Shown here: positions 8,774-19,500 of the stretch, one piece after another
How the letters are laid out: each line of letters opens with the position of its first letter
Numbering within the stretch: the first letter of the stretch is position 1
Assembly (NCBI GenBank): GCA_016296775.1
Contig: JAEDIE010000004.1
Span: 1 to 59,909, forward strand
Reading direction: 5' to 3'
From: Bacilli bacterium
GTDB taxonomy: Bacteria; Bacillota_I; Bacilli_A; RFN20; CAG-826
Length of the DNA stretch: 59,909 bases
Program-made: the position numbers and the translations under genes
Notes under the pieces: generated by a model
The model's input: only the letters and a program-made list of their open reading frames with translations
Databases searched by the model: none
Told to the model about the DNA's origin: nothing

Positions 8774-10657
8774 ATGGCATTAATTAACTTTTCAAATGTA
8801 ACTAAATATTATGTCAATGATTTAATTTTAGATCATATTTCTTTCTCTATTAATAAAAATGAGAAAGTAGCTCTTATTGGGAATAATGGAGTAGGAAAAA
8901 CTACTCTTTTTAAGCTTATATTAAAAGAAGAAGAACCAACTCTTCTTCCTAAAGAAGATAAGGCAGGTGAAATTTCAATTTTAGGCGGGATTTCAATAGG
9001 ATATTTGAATCAAAACGCAATTGAAAACATTGAAAATACTGTTTTTCAAGAGCTATTAAGTGCCTTTAAAGAGACCTTAGAAATTGAAAAAGAGCTTCAA
9101 ATTATGAGTGAAAAAATTAATGAGTATCATGATGAAGAAACATTAAATAAATACGATTTATTACTTAAAAAATATCAAGATAATAGGGGATATACATACT
9201 TAAATGAAATTGATGAGATGATTTATCGATTTGGTTTTGATAAAGAAATAAAAGAAAAACAAATTAAATTTTTAAGTGGTGGAGAAAGAATGAAAGTTGC
9301 TTTTATGAAAATTCTATTGTTTAAGTATGATCTTTTACTTCTTGATGAACCTACAAATCACCTTGATATTTCAACTATTGAATGGTTAGAAAATTTTTTA
9401 AAGTCTTATAACGGAACTATATTTTTCATTTCACATGATAGATATTTTTTAGAGTCTTTAGCTACAAGGGTTTTTGAATTAGAAAACCATAATATTGAAA
9501 TATATAATATGGATTTTAATCATTATTTAGTAGATAAAGAAACAAGATATAACGCTTTAATTAAGCAAGCTAAAAAAGAAGAAAAAGAAATAGAAAAAAT
9601 CAAAAGATTCATTGAGTTTTATAAACCTAAACCAAGATTTGTATCTAGAGCAAAAGATAGAGAACATAAATTAGCTAGAATTGAAGCTTCTAGAACTATA
9701 CCTCCAAAAAAAGAAGATAAATCAATTAAGATGAAAATTAGTGGAGGTAATTTAAAAAACAAGCAACTATTAGAAATAAAAGATTTAGTTGTTGGATATA
9801 ATTTACCATTAACAAAAGAAATTAGTTTTGATGTTTATGGCCAAGATAGAATTGCTGTTTTAGGTGATAATGGAATAGGAAAAACTACCTTAATTAAAAC
9901 TATTTTAAATTTAATACCAAAAATTAGTGGAAGTATAAAAGAGTACCGTGCAATTCACTATGGATACATTAAGCAAAATGACTATGTTTTTGAAGCAAAT
10001 CAATCTGCTTTGAGTTACCTTAGAGATAGATATCCTATTAAAACAGAACGTGAATTGCGTACTATTTTAGGTAGATTCCAATTTAAAGGTGAAGACGTAT
10101 ATAAAGATGTTTTAAAGATGTCTAATGGAGAAAAAATGCGTTTAATTCTTTGCTCTTTTTCTCTTTCTGGATATGAATTATTAATTCTTGATGAACCTAC
10201 AAACCACCTAGATTTAATTACAAAAGAATGTCTTATTGAAAGCTTAAAAAACTATGAAGGAGCAATTATTTTTGTTTCTCATGATCGTTATTTTATTAAT
10301 GAACTTGCTACACATTGTCTTTATTTAAGTAAGAAACATGTTGTGTTTGAAGAAGGTGATTACAATAGAATTTACAATGTAATTTCTAAGTTAAATGAAG
10401 AAATTAAGATGGTAAATATTAAGGAAATTGAAGAAAAAGATGTTGTTAGAAAAGAAAAATTATCTAACAACAAAATAAATGAATTGAAAGAAGAAATGTC
10501 AATTATAGAGGCTCGTATTGAAGAGATAGATAAGTCTTTAGAAGAAGATGATTTTGTAAGTTATAAAGTAATTGAAGAATTAACTGATGAAAAAGATGAA
10601 CTTGAATATCGTTATTTAGAAATAGTTGATATTTTAGAAAGAGATAAAAAGTTATAA
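8774..10657 (+). CDS. ABC-F family ATPase (two NBDs, no TMD) with C-terminal coiled-coil tail
   Basis: Two Walker A motifs (GNNGVGKTT, GDNGIGKTT), two signatures (LSGGERMK, MSNGEKMR) and two Walker B motifs (LLLLDEPTNHLD, LLILDEPTNHLD). No membrane segments. Confidence 0.9.
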   Translation: MALINFSNVTKYYVNDLILDHISFSINKNEKVALIGNNGVGKTTLFKLILKEEEPTLLPKEDKAGEISILGGISIGYLNQNAIENIENTVFQELLSAFKETLEIEKELQIMSEKINEYHDEETLNKYDLLLKKYQDNRGYTYLNEIDEMIYRFGFDKEIKEKQIKFLSGGERMKVAFMKILLFKYDLLLLDEPTNHLDISTIEWLENFLKSYNGTIFFISHDRYFLESLATRVFELENHNIEIYNMDFNHYLVDKETRYNALIKQAKKEEKEIEKIKRFIEFYKPKPRFVSRAKDREHKLARIEASRTIPPKKEDKSIKMKISGGNLKNKQLLEIKDLVVGYNLPLTKEISFDVYGQDRIAVLGDNGIGKTTLIKTILNLIPKISGSIKEYRAIHYGYIKQNDYVFEANQSALSYLRDRYPIKTERELRTILGRFQFKGEDVYKDVLKMSNGEKMRLILCSFSLSGYELLILDEPTNHLDLITKECLIESLKNYEGAIIFVSHDRYFINELATHCLYLSKKHVVFEEGDYNRIYNVISKLNEEIKMVNIKEIEEKDVVRKEKLSNNKINELKEEMSIIEARIEEIDKSLEEDDFVSYKVIEELTDEKDELEYRYLEIVDILERDKKL

Positions 10658-10669
10658 AATAATATTATT

Positions 10670-11122
10670 ATGAGAGTAATTATTCAAAATGTAATAAGTG
10701 CTAGTGTCACAATTGATAACAAATTATATTCTTCAATTAATGAAGGTTATCTTCTTTTAGTTAGCTTTACAGAAGGAGATAATGAGGAAATCGCTATGAA
10801 ATTGGCCACTAAAATCTTAAATTTAAGAATATTTAAAGATATAAATGGTAAAACTAATTTAAATTTAAGAAGCGTTAATGGAGAAATATTAAGTGTAAGT
10901 CAATTTACTCTTTATGCAGATTATAGACATGGAAATAGACCATCATTCACTAAGTGTTTATCTCCTGATAGAGCAAAAGAATTATATAAATTCTTTAATA
11001 AATATATAAGTGATCAAGGATATATAGTAAAATGTGGTGTTTTTGGTGCAGATATGAAAGTAAGTTTAGTAAATGATGGACCTTTTACTATGATTATTGA
11101 TTCTAAGGAGTTATATGAGTAA
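10670..11122 (+). CDS. dtd: D-aminoacyl-tRNA deacylase
   Basis: 150-aa product with SQFTLYAD, NRPSF and the C-terminal NDGPFT motif typical of Dtd. Confidence 0.9.
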   Translation: MRVIIQNVISASVTIDNKLYSSINEGYLLLVSFTEGDNEEIAMKLATKILNLRIFKDINGKTNLNLRSVNGEILSVSQFTLYADYRHGNRPSFTKCLSPDRAKELYKFFNKYISDQGYIVKCGVFGADMKVSLVNDGPFTMIIDSKELYE

Positions 11123-12257
11123 GGTAATGTTAGGATTAAGCGGTGGAGTTGATAGTGCTGTTGCTGCTTATTTATTAAAAGAACAAGGATACGATGTCGT
11201 TTGTTGTTTTATGAGAAATTGGGATTCTATGGCAAATAATGATGTTTTAGGAAACCCAACAATTAACGATTCAATGTGTCCTCAAGAAAAAGATTATCAA
11301 GATGCAAAAAGAGTAGCAGAAGAGTTAAATCTTCCATTTTTAAGAATTGATTTTATCAAAGAATATTGGGACAACGTATTCACTTATTTTTTAGATGAAT
11401 ATAAAAAAGGAAGAACACCAAATCCAGATATTTTTTGCAATAAGTATATTAAATTCGGCCCCTTTTTAGATTTTGCAAAGAAAAATGGGTGCGATTATAT
11501 TGCGATGGGGCATTATGCAAAAAAGGTAATTGATGAAAATGGAATAGCTCATTTATATAAAGCTAAAGATTTAAATAAGGATCAAACATATTTCTTAAGC
11601 CAAATTAGTGATGATCAATTAAAATCTTGTATTTTTCCTTTAGGAGATTTATTAAAAGAAGAAGTTAGAGATATTGCCAATAAATTAGATTTAGAAACTG
11701 TTAAAAATAAGAAAGATTCTACTGGGATTTGTTTTATTGGAGAAAGAAATTTCAAAGAATTTTTAGAAAACTACATTCCAAGTCAAAAAGGCAATATTGT
11801 TGAGGAAGGAACTAATAAAGTTTTAGGTACTCATGATGGAGTAATGTATTATACAATTGGCCAAAGAAAAGGTTTAGGAATTGGTGGAATTAAAGGAATA
11901 AAAAACGAAGGTGGATGGTTCGTAACAAGAAAAGACGTGAGAAATAATATACTTTTTGTAGCAAATGCTAAAGAGGATGATTATCTTTTGAGTGATTCTT
12001 GTCTAGTTAATAATTTAAATTTCTTTAACGAAAAGATTAAAGAAAACACACATATTTTTGTTAAATTTAGATATCGTCAACAAGATAATGGAGTCACATT
12101 AACTTATGAAAATGATGAAGCTAAATTAATTTTTGATACTCCTTATAAAGCTGTTACTCCTGGTCAAGCTGCTGTATTTTATGATGAAAAGGGTATGATG
12201 CTTGGAGGAGGTTTGATTGATAAAGTTTTCTATAAAGGAAAGGTTAAAAACTATTAA
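11115..12257 (+). CDS. mnmA: tRNA-specific 2-thiouridylase MnmA
   Basis: Start at ATG 11115 after AAGGAG. PP-loop GLSGGVDSAV, plus NPDIFCN and GICFIGE motifs. Confidence 0.93.
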   Translation: MSKVMLGLSGGVDSAVAAYLLKEQGYDVVCCFMRNWDSMANNDVLGNPTINDSMCPQEKDYQDAKRVAEELNLPFLRIDFIKEYWDNVFTYFLDEYKKGRTPNPDIFCNKYIKFGPFLDFAKKNGCDYIAMGHYAKKVIDENGIAHLYKAKDLNKDQTYFLSQISDDQLKSCIFPLGDLLKEEVRDIANKLDLETVKNKKDSTGICFIGERNFKEFLENYIPSQKGNIVEEGTNKVLGTHDGVMYYTIGQRKGLGIGGIKGIKNEGGWFVTRKDVRNNILFVANAKEDDYLLSDSCLVNNLNFFNEKIKENTHIFVKFRYRQQDNGVTLTYENDEAKLIFDTPYKAVTPGQAAVFYDEKGMMLGGGLIDKVFYKGKVKNY

Positions 12258-13213
12258 TGGTTTATTTAGTTTATGGATCTTTAAAAACAAGAGTTAAAAA
12301 ACAAGTATCGATTATTGTTGATTCTATTTTTAAAGATGAAGAAAGAAATGTAGTTGAACTAGATTTTTTAGAAAACGATGTTGAACAAATCATTGATGAA
12401 TGTAATTCTTTTTCTTTAACAAGTTTTACTAAAGTTGTTATAGTTTATAACTCTTTCTTTTTAAGTAGTGAAAGAGGAAAAAAGAAAATAAGTGAAGAAG
12501 AAAAAGAAGCTTTATTAGACTACTTAAAAGAAGAAAATGAAGATACAAGTTTAATTTTTGTTTTGGATTCAAATAAAGTTAACTTAAAAAATGAAATTTA
12601 TAAATATATTTTAGAAAACGGAAAAATTACAGAAATTAAAGACATTCAAAAAAATGAATGGCCTTTATTTGTTGAAACTTATTTTAAAAAGAAAAATATT
12701 AAGATTAGCAAGGATGCATTAAATGAATTTGTTTCTAGAATTAATTCTGATTATGATGCGTTTTTAAATGAGACTCAGAAGCTTCTTCTTTATAAAGATA
12801 ACAACATTACTTTAGAAGATATTAAAACAATAGTAACAAAACCAATGGAAGAAAATAGTTTTGAACTTGTAAATAATTTGCTTTATGGAAATAAAAGTAA
12901 GGTGCTTTCAATTTATCAAGATTTTAAAGTTTTAAACATTCAAGTTGTTAGATTAATTAATCTTTTAACTACAAGTCTTTCATTTTTAGATAAGGTTTAT
13001 TTATTGTTAGATGAAAATAATAGTGAACAGGATATTATTAGAATTTTAAATGCTAATCCTTTCCAAGTTAAAATTGCTATTAGAAACTTAAGAAATATTG
13101 AATATTCAAAAATTAAGAAAGCATTCAACGATTTATATAATTTAGATTATAAAATTAAGCATAGTGAAGTAGATCCAATTTATGCTTTTGAATTATTCTT
13201 AATTAATTTTTAA
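12257..13213 (+). CDS. holA: DNA polymerase III delta subunit (HolA-like)
   Basis: 318 aa. It is convergent with rpsT, the same arrangement as B. subtilis holA-rpsT. The call rests on length, position and general pattern only. Confidence 0.6.
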   Translation: MVYLVYGSLKTRVKKQVSIIVDSIFKDEERNVVELDFLENDVEQIIDECNSFSLTSFTKVVIVYNSFFLSSERGKKKISEEEKEALLDYLKEENEDTSLIFVLDSNKVNLKNEIYKYILENGKITEIKDIQKNEWPLFVETYFKKKNIKISKDALNEFVSRINSDYDAFLNETQKLLLYKDNNITLEDIKTIVTKPMEENSFELVNNLLYGNKSKVLSIYQDFKVLNIQVVRLINLLTTSLSFLDKVYLLLDENNSEQDIIRILNANPFQVKIAIRNLRNIEYSKIKKAFNDLYNLDYKIKHSEVDPIYAFELFLINF

Positions 13214-13222
13214 AAATTAAAA

Positions 13223-13249
13223 GAGCTTCTAATGAAGCTCGATTTTTTT
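13223..13249. terminator. Bidirectional rho-independent terminator between holA and rpsT
   Basis: Stem GAGCTTC (13223-13229), loop TAAT, stem GAAGCTC (13234-13240). A T-run follows on the + strand and an A-run precedes it, which reads as a T-run on the - strand. Confidence 0.75.
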
Positions 13250-13273
13250 AATATAAATGGAGGAAAAAACAAG

Positions 13274-13540
13274 TTATTTCTTTAAAGAATTAACAAGGTT
13301 TTGAAGATTTGATTTTTGTCTATCAGCTGTACCTTTCTTTTGGATACCTTTGCTGACACTTCTATCGATTACGCTAAAAGCAAGAACTAATTTTGTATTA
13401 GCTAAATCTAAATCTTTCTTTTCAACAGCAACACGAACAGCTTTCATAGCAGTTCTGACTTTTGATTTATAAGAAATATTTCTGACTCTTGATTTTTCGT
13501 TTGTAAGAATTCTCTTCTTTTGTTGTTTAATATTTGCCAT
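13274..13540 (-). CDS. rpsT: 30S ribosomal protein S20
   Basis: 88-aa basic protein with the MANIKQQKKR... S20 pattern. Confidence 0.95.
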   Translation of the reverse strand: MANIKQQKKRILTNEKSRVRNISYKSKVRTAMKAVRVAVEKKDLDLANTKLVLAFSVIDRSVSKGIQKKGTADRQKSNLQNLVNSLKK

Positions 13541-13555
13541 TGTTATAATCTCCTA

Positions 13556-13750
13556 TTATGCGTTCTTTTCTGATTTATTAAGTGTTTTGTAAGCTCTAGC
13601 ACTCATTCTTACTTTATAAACTTTTCCATCAATTTCAACTTTATAGGTATGTAAATTGACATTCCATCTTCTACGTGTAGCTCTTAATGAGTGGCTTCTT
13701 TTGTTTCCGGTAAGTGGGCCTTTTCCTGTAATTTGACAAACTCTTGACAT
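13556..13750 (-). CDS. rpmB: 50S ribosomal protein L28
   Basis: Internal start MSRVCQITGK...GNKRSHS...RRWNVNL is the typical L28 N-terminus, with SD GGAGGAA upstream. The track's extra 12 codons are discarded. Confidence 0.93.
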   Translation of the reverse strand: MSRVCQITGKGPLTGNKRSHSLRATRRRWNVNLHTYKVEIDGKVYKVRMSARAYKTLNKSEKNA

Positions 13751-13901
13751 AACTTTTCCTCCTACAATGCTTATAAAATATATCACAACAGCGTTTTAAA
13801 ATCAAAGTAAAACTTCAATATTGTGAAAAAGTTTCATTATAGAAAGAATTATACTATAAACTAAAGAAAAAATCTTTAATTTTTTATGTATACATAAAAT
13901 A

Positions 13902-14366
13902 CTATTTCTTTTTGATTTCAATGTAATCTTTTAAGTTATGACAGTTCTTTTTAAATATTTCTAATAATTCACCTTCTTTATCAAGAACAAGATATAAAGC
14001 TTTACCTTTGTTGTTATAAAAAAGCAAAGTTTTATGTTTTAAAGTATATTTTTCATCAATGAAAATAACATTATTGAATTCATAAGTAACACTAGAAAAG
14101 AATTGATAGTGGACTACACTCGTTTTATTAACTACATAATAATTCTTCTTCAAAAGAATAATTAAAAAAACAACAAAAGCAATTAACCAAGCAATAATGA
14201 GAATTACATCTTTTAAAATGTATTCATTTAGCTTTCCATCATCTTTATAAGCCCAAGCAAATCTAGATGAAAAAAGTCCATAAATAGCGAGCAAAACAAT
14301 TAACATGACAGGTATATAAACTTTAATGACAGAAGATGTGCGTGGTTTAAGTCTTTTTTCGTTCAT
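13902..14366 (-). CDS. Small membrane protein (2 TM plus beta-rich C-terminal domain, possibly bacterial PH-like)
   Basis: Two hydrophobic segments (VYIPVMLIVLLAIYGL, VILIIAWLIAFVVFLIILL) are followed by an approximately 80-aa soluble domain. No motif anchor. Confidence 0.5.
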   Translation of the reverse strand: MNEKRLKPRTSSVIKVYIPVMLIVLLAIYGLFSSRFAWAYKDDGKLNEYILKDVILIIAWLIAFVVFLIILLKKNYYVVNKTSVVHYQFFSSVTYEFNNVIFIDEKYTLKHKTLLFYNNKGKALYLVLDKEGELLEIFKKNCHNLKDYIEIKKK

Positions 14367-14410
14367 ATAATTTAATATATATCTATTAAATTAAAAACTC
14401 AATTTATATC

Positions 14411-14439
14411 TTTAAAAAACACATGTTTTTAGATATAAT
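14411..14439 (+). promoter_or_regulatory. Candidate sigma-A promoter of the jetABC-like operon
   Basis: TTTAAA (14411-14416), 17 nt spacer, TATAAT (14434-14439), about 25 nt upstream of ATG 14464. Confidence 0.35.
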
Positions 14440-14463
14440 TTTATATGTTTAAGGATTGTAAAA

Positions 14464-15906
14464 ATGTTAAATTTATTCAATATATTACCAGATAATTTTT
14501 TTCAAATATTTAGTGGAAAAAATAGAGAAGTATATGCTCATAGTTTATTAACTTTATTTGATCTTTTTGAAAACGACGAGTCTTTAATTTCTAGAGCAGA
14601 TTTTATTAAATCTTTAAAGGATAAAAACAAAGATTTAGATTCTTTTACTTTTGAAGATGAAGAATTTGAAGATGGAGAAGAAATTATTTTAGATAATTTA
14701 TCTAGTAAAGCTAGTTTTATTTGTAAAAGACTTGAAGAAACTGGTTGGATTGATGTAGCAATTGACCCTGATACATTAGAAGAAACATTAGTTTTACCAA
14801 CCTATTCAATTACAATTTTAAGAGCTTTAAAAGACGTTATTATCGAAGAAGAATCACCATATGTAAGTTTAGTACATTCAACATACTCCGAATTAAAACT
14901 TGAAGATGAAGAAAGAGATGAACTATTCTTCACAACATTAGAAAGAGCATACCAAACTACTAGAAAATTGAAGTTAGAATTAATGACAATTACTAACTCA
15001 ATTAGAATTTATCAAAATAGATTAAGTAAAACTTTCCATACTAATAAAGTTTTACATGATTATTTTGATCTTTATAAATCAAAAGTTAGTGATAGATATT
15101 ATCACCCACTTAAAACTTTTGATAGTGTCGCCAAATTTAAACGCCCAATTATTAAAATTTTAGAAAAATGGATTAATGATAAAGATGCTAGAGAAAAATT
15201 AGTATCTCAAGGAAGCATAATTCATCATGAAACCAACAAAGAAAAAGTTGAAAATGATGTTATTACGATGATTAATTACATTTGCGATACTTACGAAACA
15301 ATCAATAATTTAATTAGTAACATCGATAAAGAAAACAATCTTTATACTAAGAGTAGTGCAAATAAGATTTTATATTTAAATAACACTGATAAAACTATTA
15401 AAGGTCACTTAGAAAATATCTTTAAGCATTATGGTCAAAGTTTAAATAGTGGCAGAAATCTTTCAAGAATTCTTTCTCAAATGCAAGATTGTTTATATTA
15501 CTATGAACAAGGTTACCTTGATTCAAGAAGTGTTACTTTACCACTTTTAAGAAAATATAGAGAAGATGGAACTCCTTTAAGTATTGTTGATTTTGATGAA
15601 GCTAGCGATATTATCATGCAAAACTTTTTAAACGAAACATTAGATAACTATTCTGATGAAAGAGTTTATGAGTTTATGAATAGTGCTTTTAATGGAGAAA
15701 GTGAAGTTAGAAGTGAAGATATTCCATTATTAAATCACGATGCTTTTGTTTTATTGATTCTTGCTACAGTTAAGAAAGATGATCCAGATTGTTTCTATTA
15801 CATCGAATACGTCGATTCTAATAAGATATTGAATCATGGATATATAATTCCTAACTTTATATTTCATAAAAAAGACGATTTAAATGTTTCAAAGGAGGAT
15901 GAATGA
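14464..15906 (+). CDS. JetA/MksF-like (kleisin-like) subunit of an SMC-like complex
   Basis: 480 aa, first gene of a coupled triplet. Size and position match JetA (DUF3375-type, recalled from memory). Acidic linker stretches are present. No catalytic motif, so the assignment is by architecture. Confidence 0.55.
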   Translation: MLNLFNILPDNFFQIFSGKNREVYAHSLLTLFDLFENDESLISRADFIKSLKDKNKDLDSFTFEDEEFEDGEEIILDNLSSKASFICKRLEETGWIDVAIDPDTLEETLVLPTYSITILRALKDVIIEEESPYVSLVHSTYSELKLEDEERDELFFTTLERAYQTTRKLKLELMTITNSIRIYQNRLSKTFHTNKVLHDYFDLYKSKVSDRYYHPLKTFDSVAKFKRPIIKILEKWINDKDAREKLVSQGSIIHHETNKEKVENDVITMINYICDTYETINNLISNIDKENNLYTKSSANKILYLNNTDKTIKGHLENIFKHYGQSLNSGRNLSRILSQMQDCLYYYEQGYLDSRSVTLPLLRKYREDGTPLSIVDFDEASDIIMQNFLNETLDNYSDERVYEFMNSAFNGESEVRSEDIPLLNHDAFVLLILATVKKDDPDCFYYIEYVDSNKILNHGYIIPNFIFHKKDDLNVSKEDE

Positions 15907-16541
15907 TGTTTAGTGAACAATTTGCTCAATTAAGTGGTTCTGATCAAACAAGATTTGCTGAAATTGTTAATAAAATTCTTTTAAAAGGATTTGTTGTTAG
16001 AGACATTTTTGATACAAGAGAAAAAATTATTAGAGTTAATCCTGATTTTAGATTTGTTGAAAGACAATATGATTTGATTAACGATTATTTAAAATTTTCA
16101 GGTTGGGTTTTAAATAAAGATTTAATTTTAGGTGTATTTTATTTAACCAATACCTTTGAAGATAACAGAATTAGACTTGATAGAGAAACTTCCTTAATTT
16201 TATTTACTTTAAGATTAATTTATGAAGATGAAAAAGAAGAAGGTGGAAGTTCTTCTACTCAATCAATTTATATGACTACTCCTTCATTAATTAAAATGAT
16301 GGTAGATCATGGTATTACAATGCCAGGAAAACGTTTAACTGGTAGATTAATTGGAAGATCATTAAGATTTTTAGCTAATCACAATATTATTTCTAAAGTT
16401 AGTGGAAGTTATGATGAAGGAAATGTTTCGTTCTATATTCTTCCAAGTATTAAATATGCAATTGATAACGAAAAGATTGTTGCGATGAGTAACGCTCTTG
16501 ATCAACTTAATAATCAAGAGGAAGAAAGTTTAATTAAATAG
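15903..16541 (+). CDS. JetB/MksE-like (KITE-like) subunit
   Basis: 212 aa, with an ATGA overlap onto the upstream gene. Size, position and general pattern (GFVVRD...DYLKFSGWVLNKD...GVFYL) are reminiscent of DUF4194/MukE-like proteins. Confidence 0.55.
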   Translation: MMFSEQFAQLSGSDQTRFAEIVNKILLKGFVVRDIFDTREKIIRVNPDFRFVERQYDLINDYLKFSGWVLNKDLILGVFYLTNTFEDNRIRLDRETSLILFTLRLIYEDEKEEGGSSSTQSIYMTTPSLIKMMVDHGITMPGKRLTGRLIGRSLRFLANHNIISKVSGSYDEGNVSFYILPSIKYAIDNEKIVAMSNALDQLNNQEEESLIK

Positions 16542-16549
16542 GAGGGCTT

Positions 16550-19500
16550 ATGAAACTATTAACTAAAGTAAAAATTATAAATTGGCATTACTTTTGGGAT
16601 GAAACTATCGAAGTTAAGCCTCTTGTTTTCTTAACTGGTGCTAATGCTAGTGGTAAATCAACCTTAATTGATGCTCTTCAAATTGTCCTTTTAGGCGATA
16701 CAACTGGAAGATATTTTAATAAAGCTGCTATGGATAAATCAGCTCGTACTTTAAGAGGTTATCTTAGAGGTGAAATTGGTGATACTATCGATGGTGGATT
16801 TAAATATTTAAGAAATGGAAGATTTACTTCCTATATTGCTCTTGAGTTCCATAATGATGTTGATAATAGCGACTTTGTTATGGGTATTGTCTTTGATTCT
16901 TTTGAAGATGGAACTGAAGAACATAGATACTTCTGTTTAGATGATAAAATTCCAGAAAATGAATTCATTATGAATAGAATTCCAATGGAATATAAGACAT
17001 TAAGCAAATATTTTAGTGAATTTTATAAAGAAAAATATAAATTCTTCGATTCGAATAGAAGTTATCAAGACTTCTTAAAGAAGAAATTTGGCGGATTAAA
17101 AGATAAGTATTTCTCACTTTTAAAGAAAGCAACGTCATTTAACCCAATCACTGATATTACAACCTTTATTACTGAATATGTTTGTGATCCTCAAGCTAAT
17201 ATTAATCTTGATGTTTTACAAGAAAATATTCTTGAATATAAACGTCTTGAAGAAGAAGCAAAAGCTATCGAATCAAGGGTAATGGATCTTGAAGAAATAG
17301 AAAAAACATATCAAGAATATTTAAAAAATAAAAAGAATTTAACAATTTCACAATACATTGTTGAAAGATGTGACCTTGAAAGAAGCAAAGAAAGATTAAA
17401 AGCTTATCAAGCTCAAATTGATAAAAATAAAGAACGTATTAATCAAATTGACCTTGAACTTGCTGATTTTAGTGAAAATCTTGCTACATTAAATAGAAAG
17501 AAAGTTGCTTTAATTCAAGATAAAGCATCAAATTCAACTCAAAAATTAACTGAAGAATTATATAGAACAAAACAAGAAACAGAAGCTGAAATTAAAAATG
17601 TCGAAGCTATTGAACAAAAACTTGTTTCCTCATTAAATATTGTTTTAACTTTATATATTAATGCTTCAAAAGGAATTATCGATAATTTAAGTGCTTTCGA
17701 TGTTGAATCAGTTGAAGAAGATAAAGCTGAAGAAATTATCGCTCTTATCGAAGAAAGTAAGAAAACATATGCTTATGTAATTGATTTTAAATCTAAATAT
17801 ATTAAAGATTTAAATTTAATTTCTAAAGAATTATTAGAAGAACTTAAGAAAGTAATGGTAAGTTTCAAACAAAAAGTATCTTCTTTAGCTATCACTTTAG
17901 CTCGTACAATTTCAAATATTGATAAGAAAATTAGAGCTTTAAAAGATGAAGAACTTAACATGAAACAAGGCCAAAAACCTTATGCCAGTGTTCTTGTTAG
18001 AATTAAAAATGAATTAGAAAAAATGTTAGAAGAAAAATATGGAAAACATATTGAAGTTAATATTTTTGCTGATTTAATCGATATAAAAGATATGTCTTGG
18101 AGCAATGCTATTGAAGGTTATCTTTCAGGACAAAAATTCAATCTTTTTGTAGCTCCTAAATATTATATTGATGCTTATAACTTCCTCAAAAAGTTACTTA
18201 GTATGTATCAATTTTATGGAACTGCCTTAGTCGACCAAGAAAGAATTATTGAAAAAGATTATAAATGTGAATATAACTCACTTGCTGAAGAAATCGTTAC
18301 TGATGATGAAGGAGCAAGAGCTTATTGTAACTTCTTAATTGGTAGATTATATAAAGCAAACAATGTTGTAGAAGCTAGAAATTATGGAAATGGTATTACT
18401 AAAGAATGTGATTTATATAGAAATTATGTTCTTACACGTATCAATCCTCGTTTATATCAAGAATCTTTCATTGGTAGAGCCTTAAATGATCGTTTCTTTA
18501 TTGAAAAGAGTAATCAACTTAAAAATAATATCGCTAACGCTTCACTTTATAGAAAATTAAGTGAACTTATTACTGAAGCTAACAATCTTGAAGTTCTTTC
18601 AAGCGGTGATATCGAATCAATTTTAAAAGATATTAATAAACTTAACTCTATCGATGGATTAAAAGCTACCTTAAAATATGTTAATGATGAATTATCAACT
18701 CACGATACAACTTTACTTGAATCATTAGATAGAAGAATTAAAGATGTTGAAGAAGATATCGCTTCTATTGAAAAAGATAGAGAAACATCATTACTTGAAA
18801 AAGGACAATTAAATAACGAAATTCAAACTATTATTGATGAAAAGATCGCTAATGAAAAAGCAAATATTAAGACAATTGAAGATAATTTGAATTCAAAATA
18901 TGATCCATTCTTAGTTAATGATGAAGCTCTTCCTATTTTAAATAAACAATTTGAAGAAAAGAAGACAATTCTTGAAATTTATCAATCATTCTCAGTTTCA
19001 AGTTCAAGACTTCTTTATACAGTTAACTCAATTTTCTCTCAACTTACACGTTTAAGAAGAGATTATGTAAGTAAATATCATCTTACATATCAAGTTGAAG
19101 CTTTAACTAATGAAGAATTTGAAAACGAATTAAGCGACTTTAAAGAAGTTAAATTACCTTCTTATAAAGAAAAGATTGAAGATTCATATCATAAAGCAAC
19201 TCAACAATTTAAGGATGACTTTATCTTTAAACTTAGAGGAGCTATTGAAGATGCTCAAGATCAAATTGAAAATCTTAATGTTGCTTTAAAACAATCTTTA
19301 TTTGGTAAAGATTTATATAGATTTACTGTTAAACCAAATCAACAATATCGTAGATTCTATGACATGTTGATGGACGACTTAATTCTTAATATTGAAAAAG
19401 ATGAATCTGTATTTGTTGAAAAATATAAAGATACAATGAACGAATTATTCCAACAAATTGTTGATGATGGTAATTCCGATGCTAAGAAGAGTAATGAATT

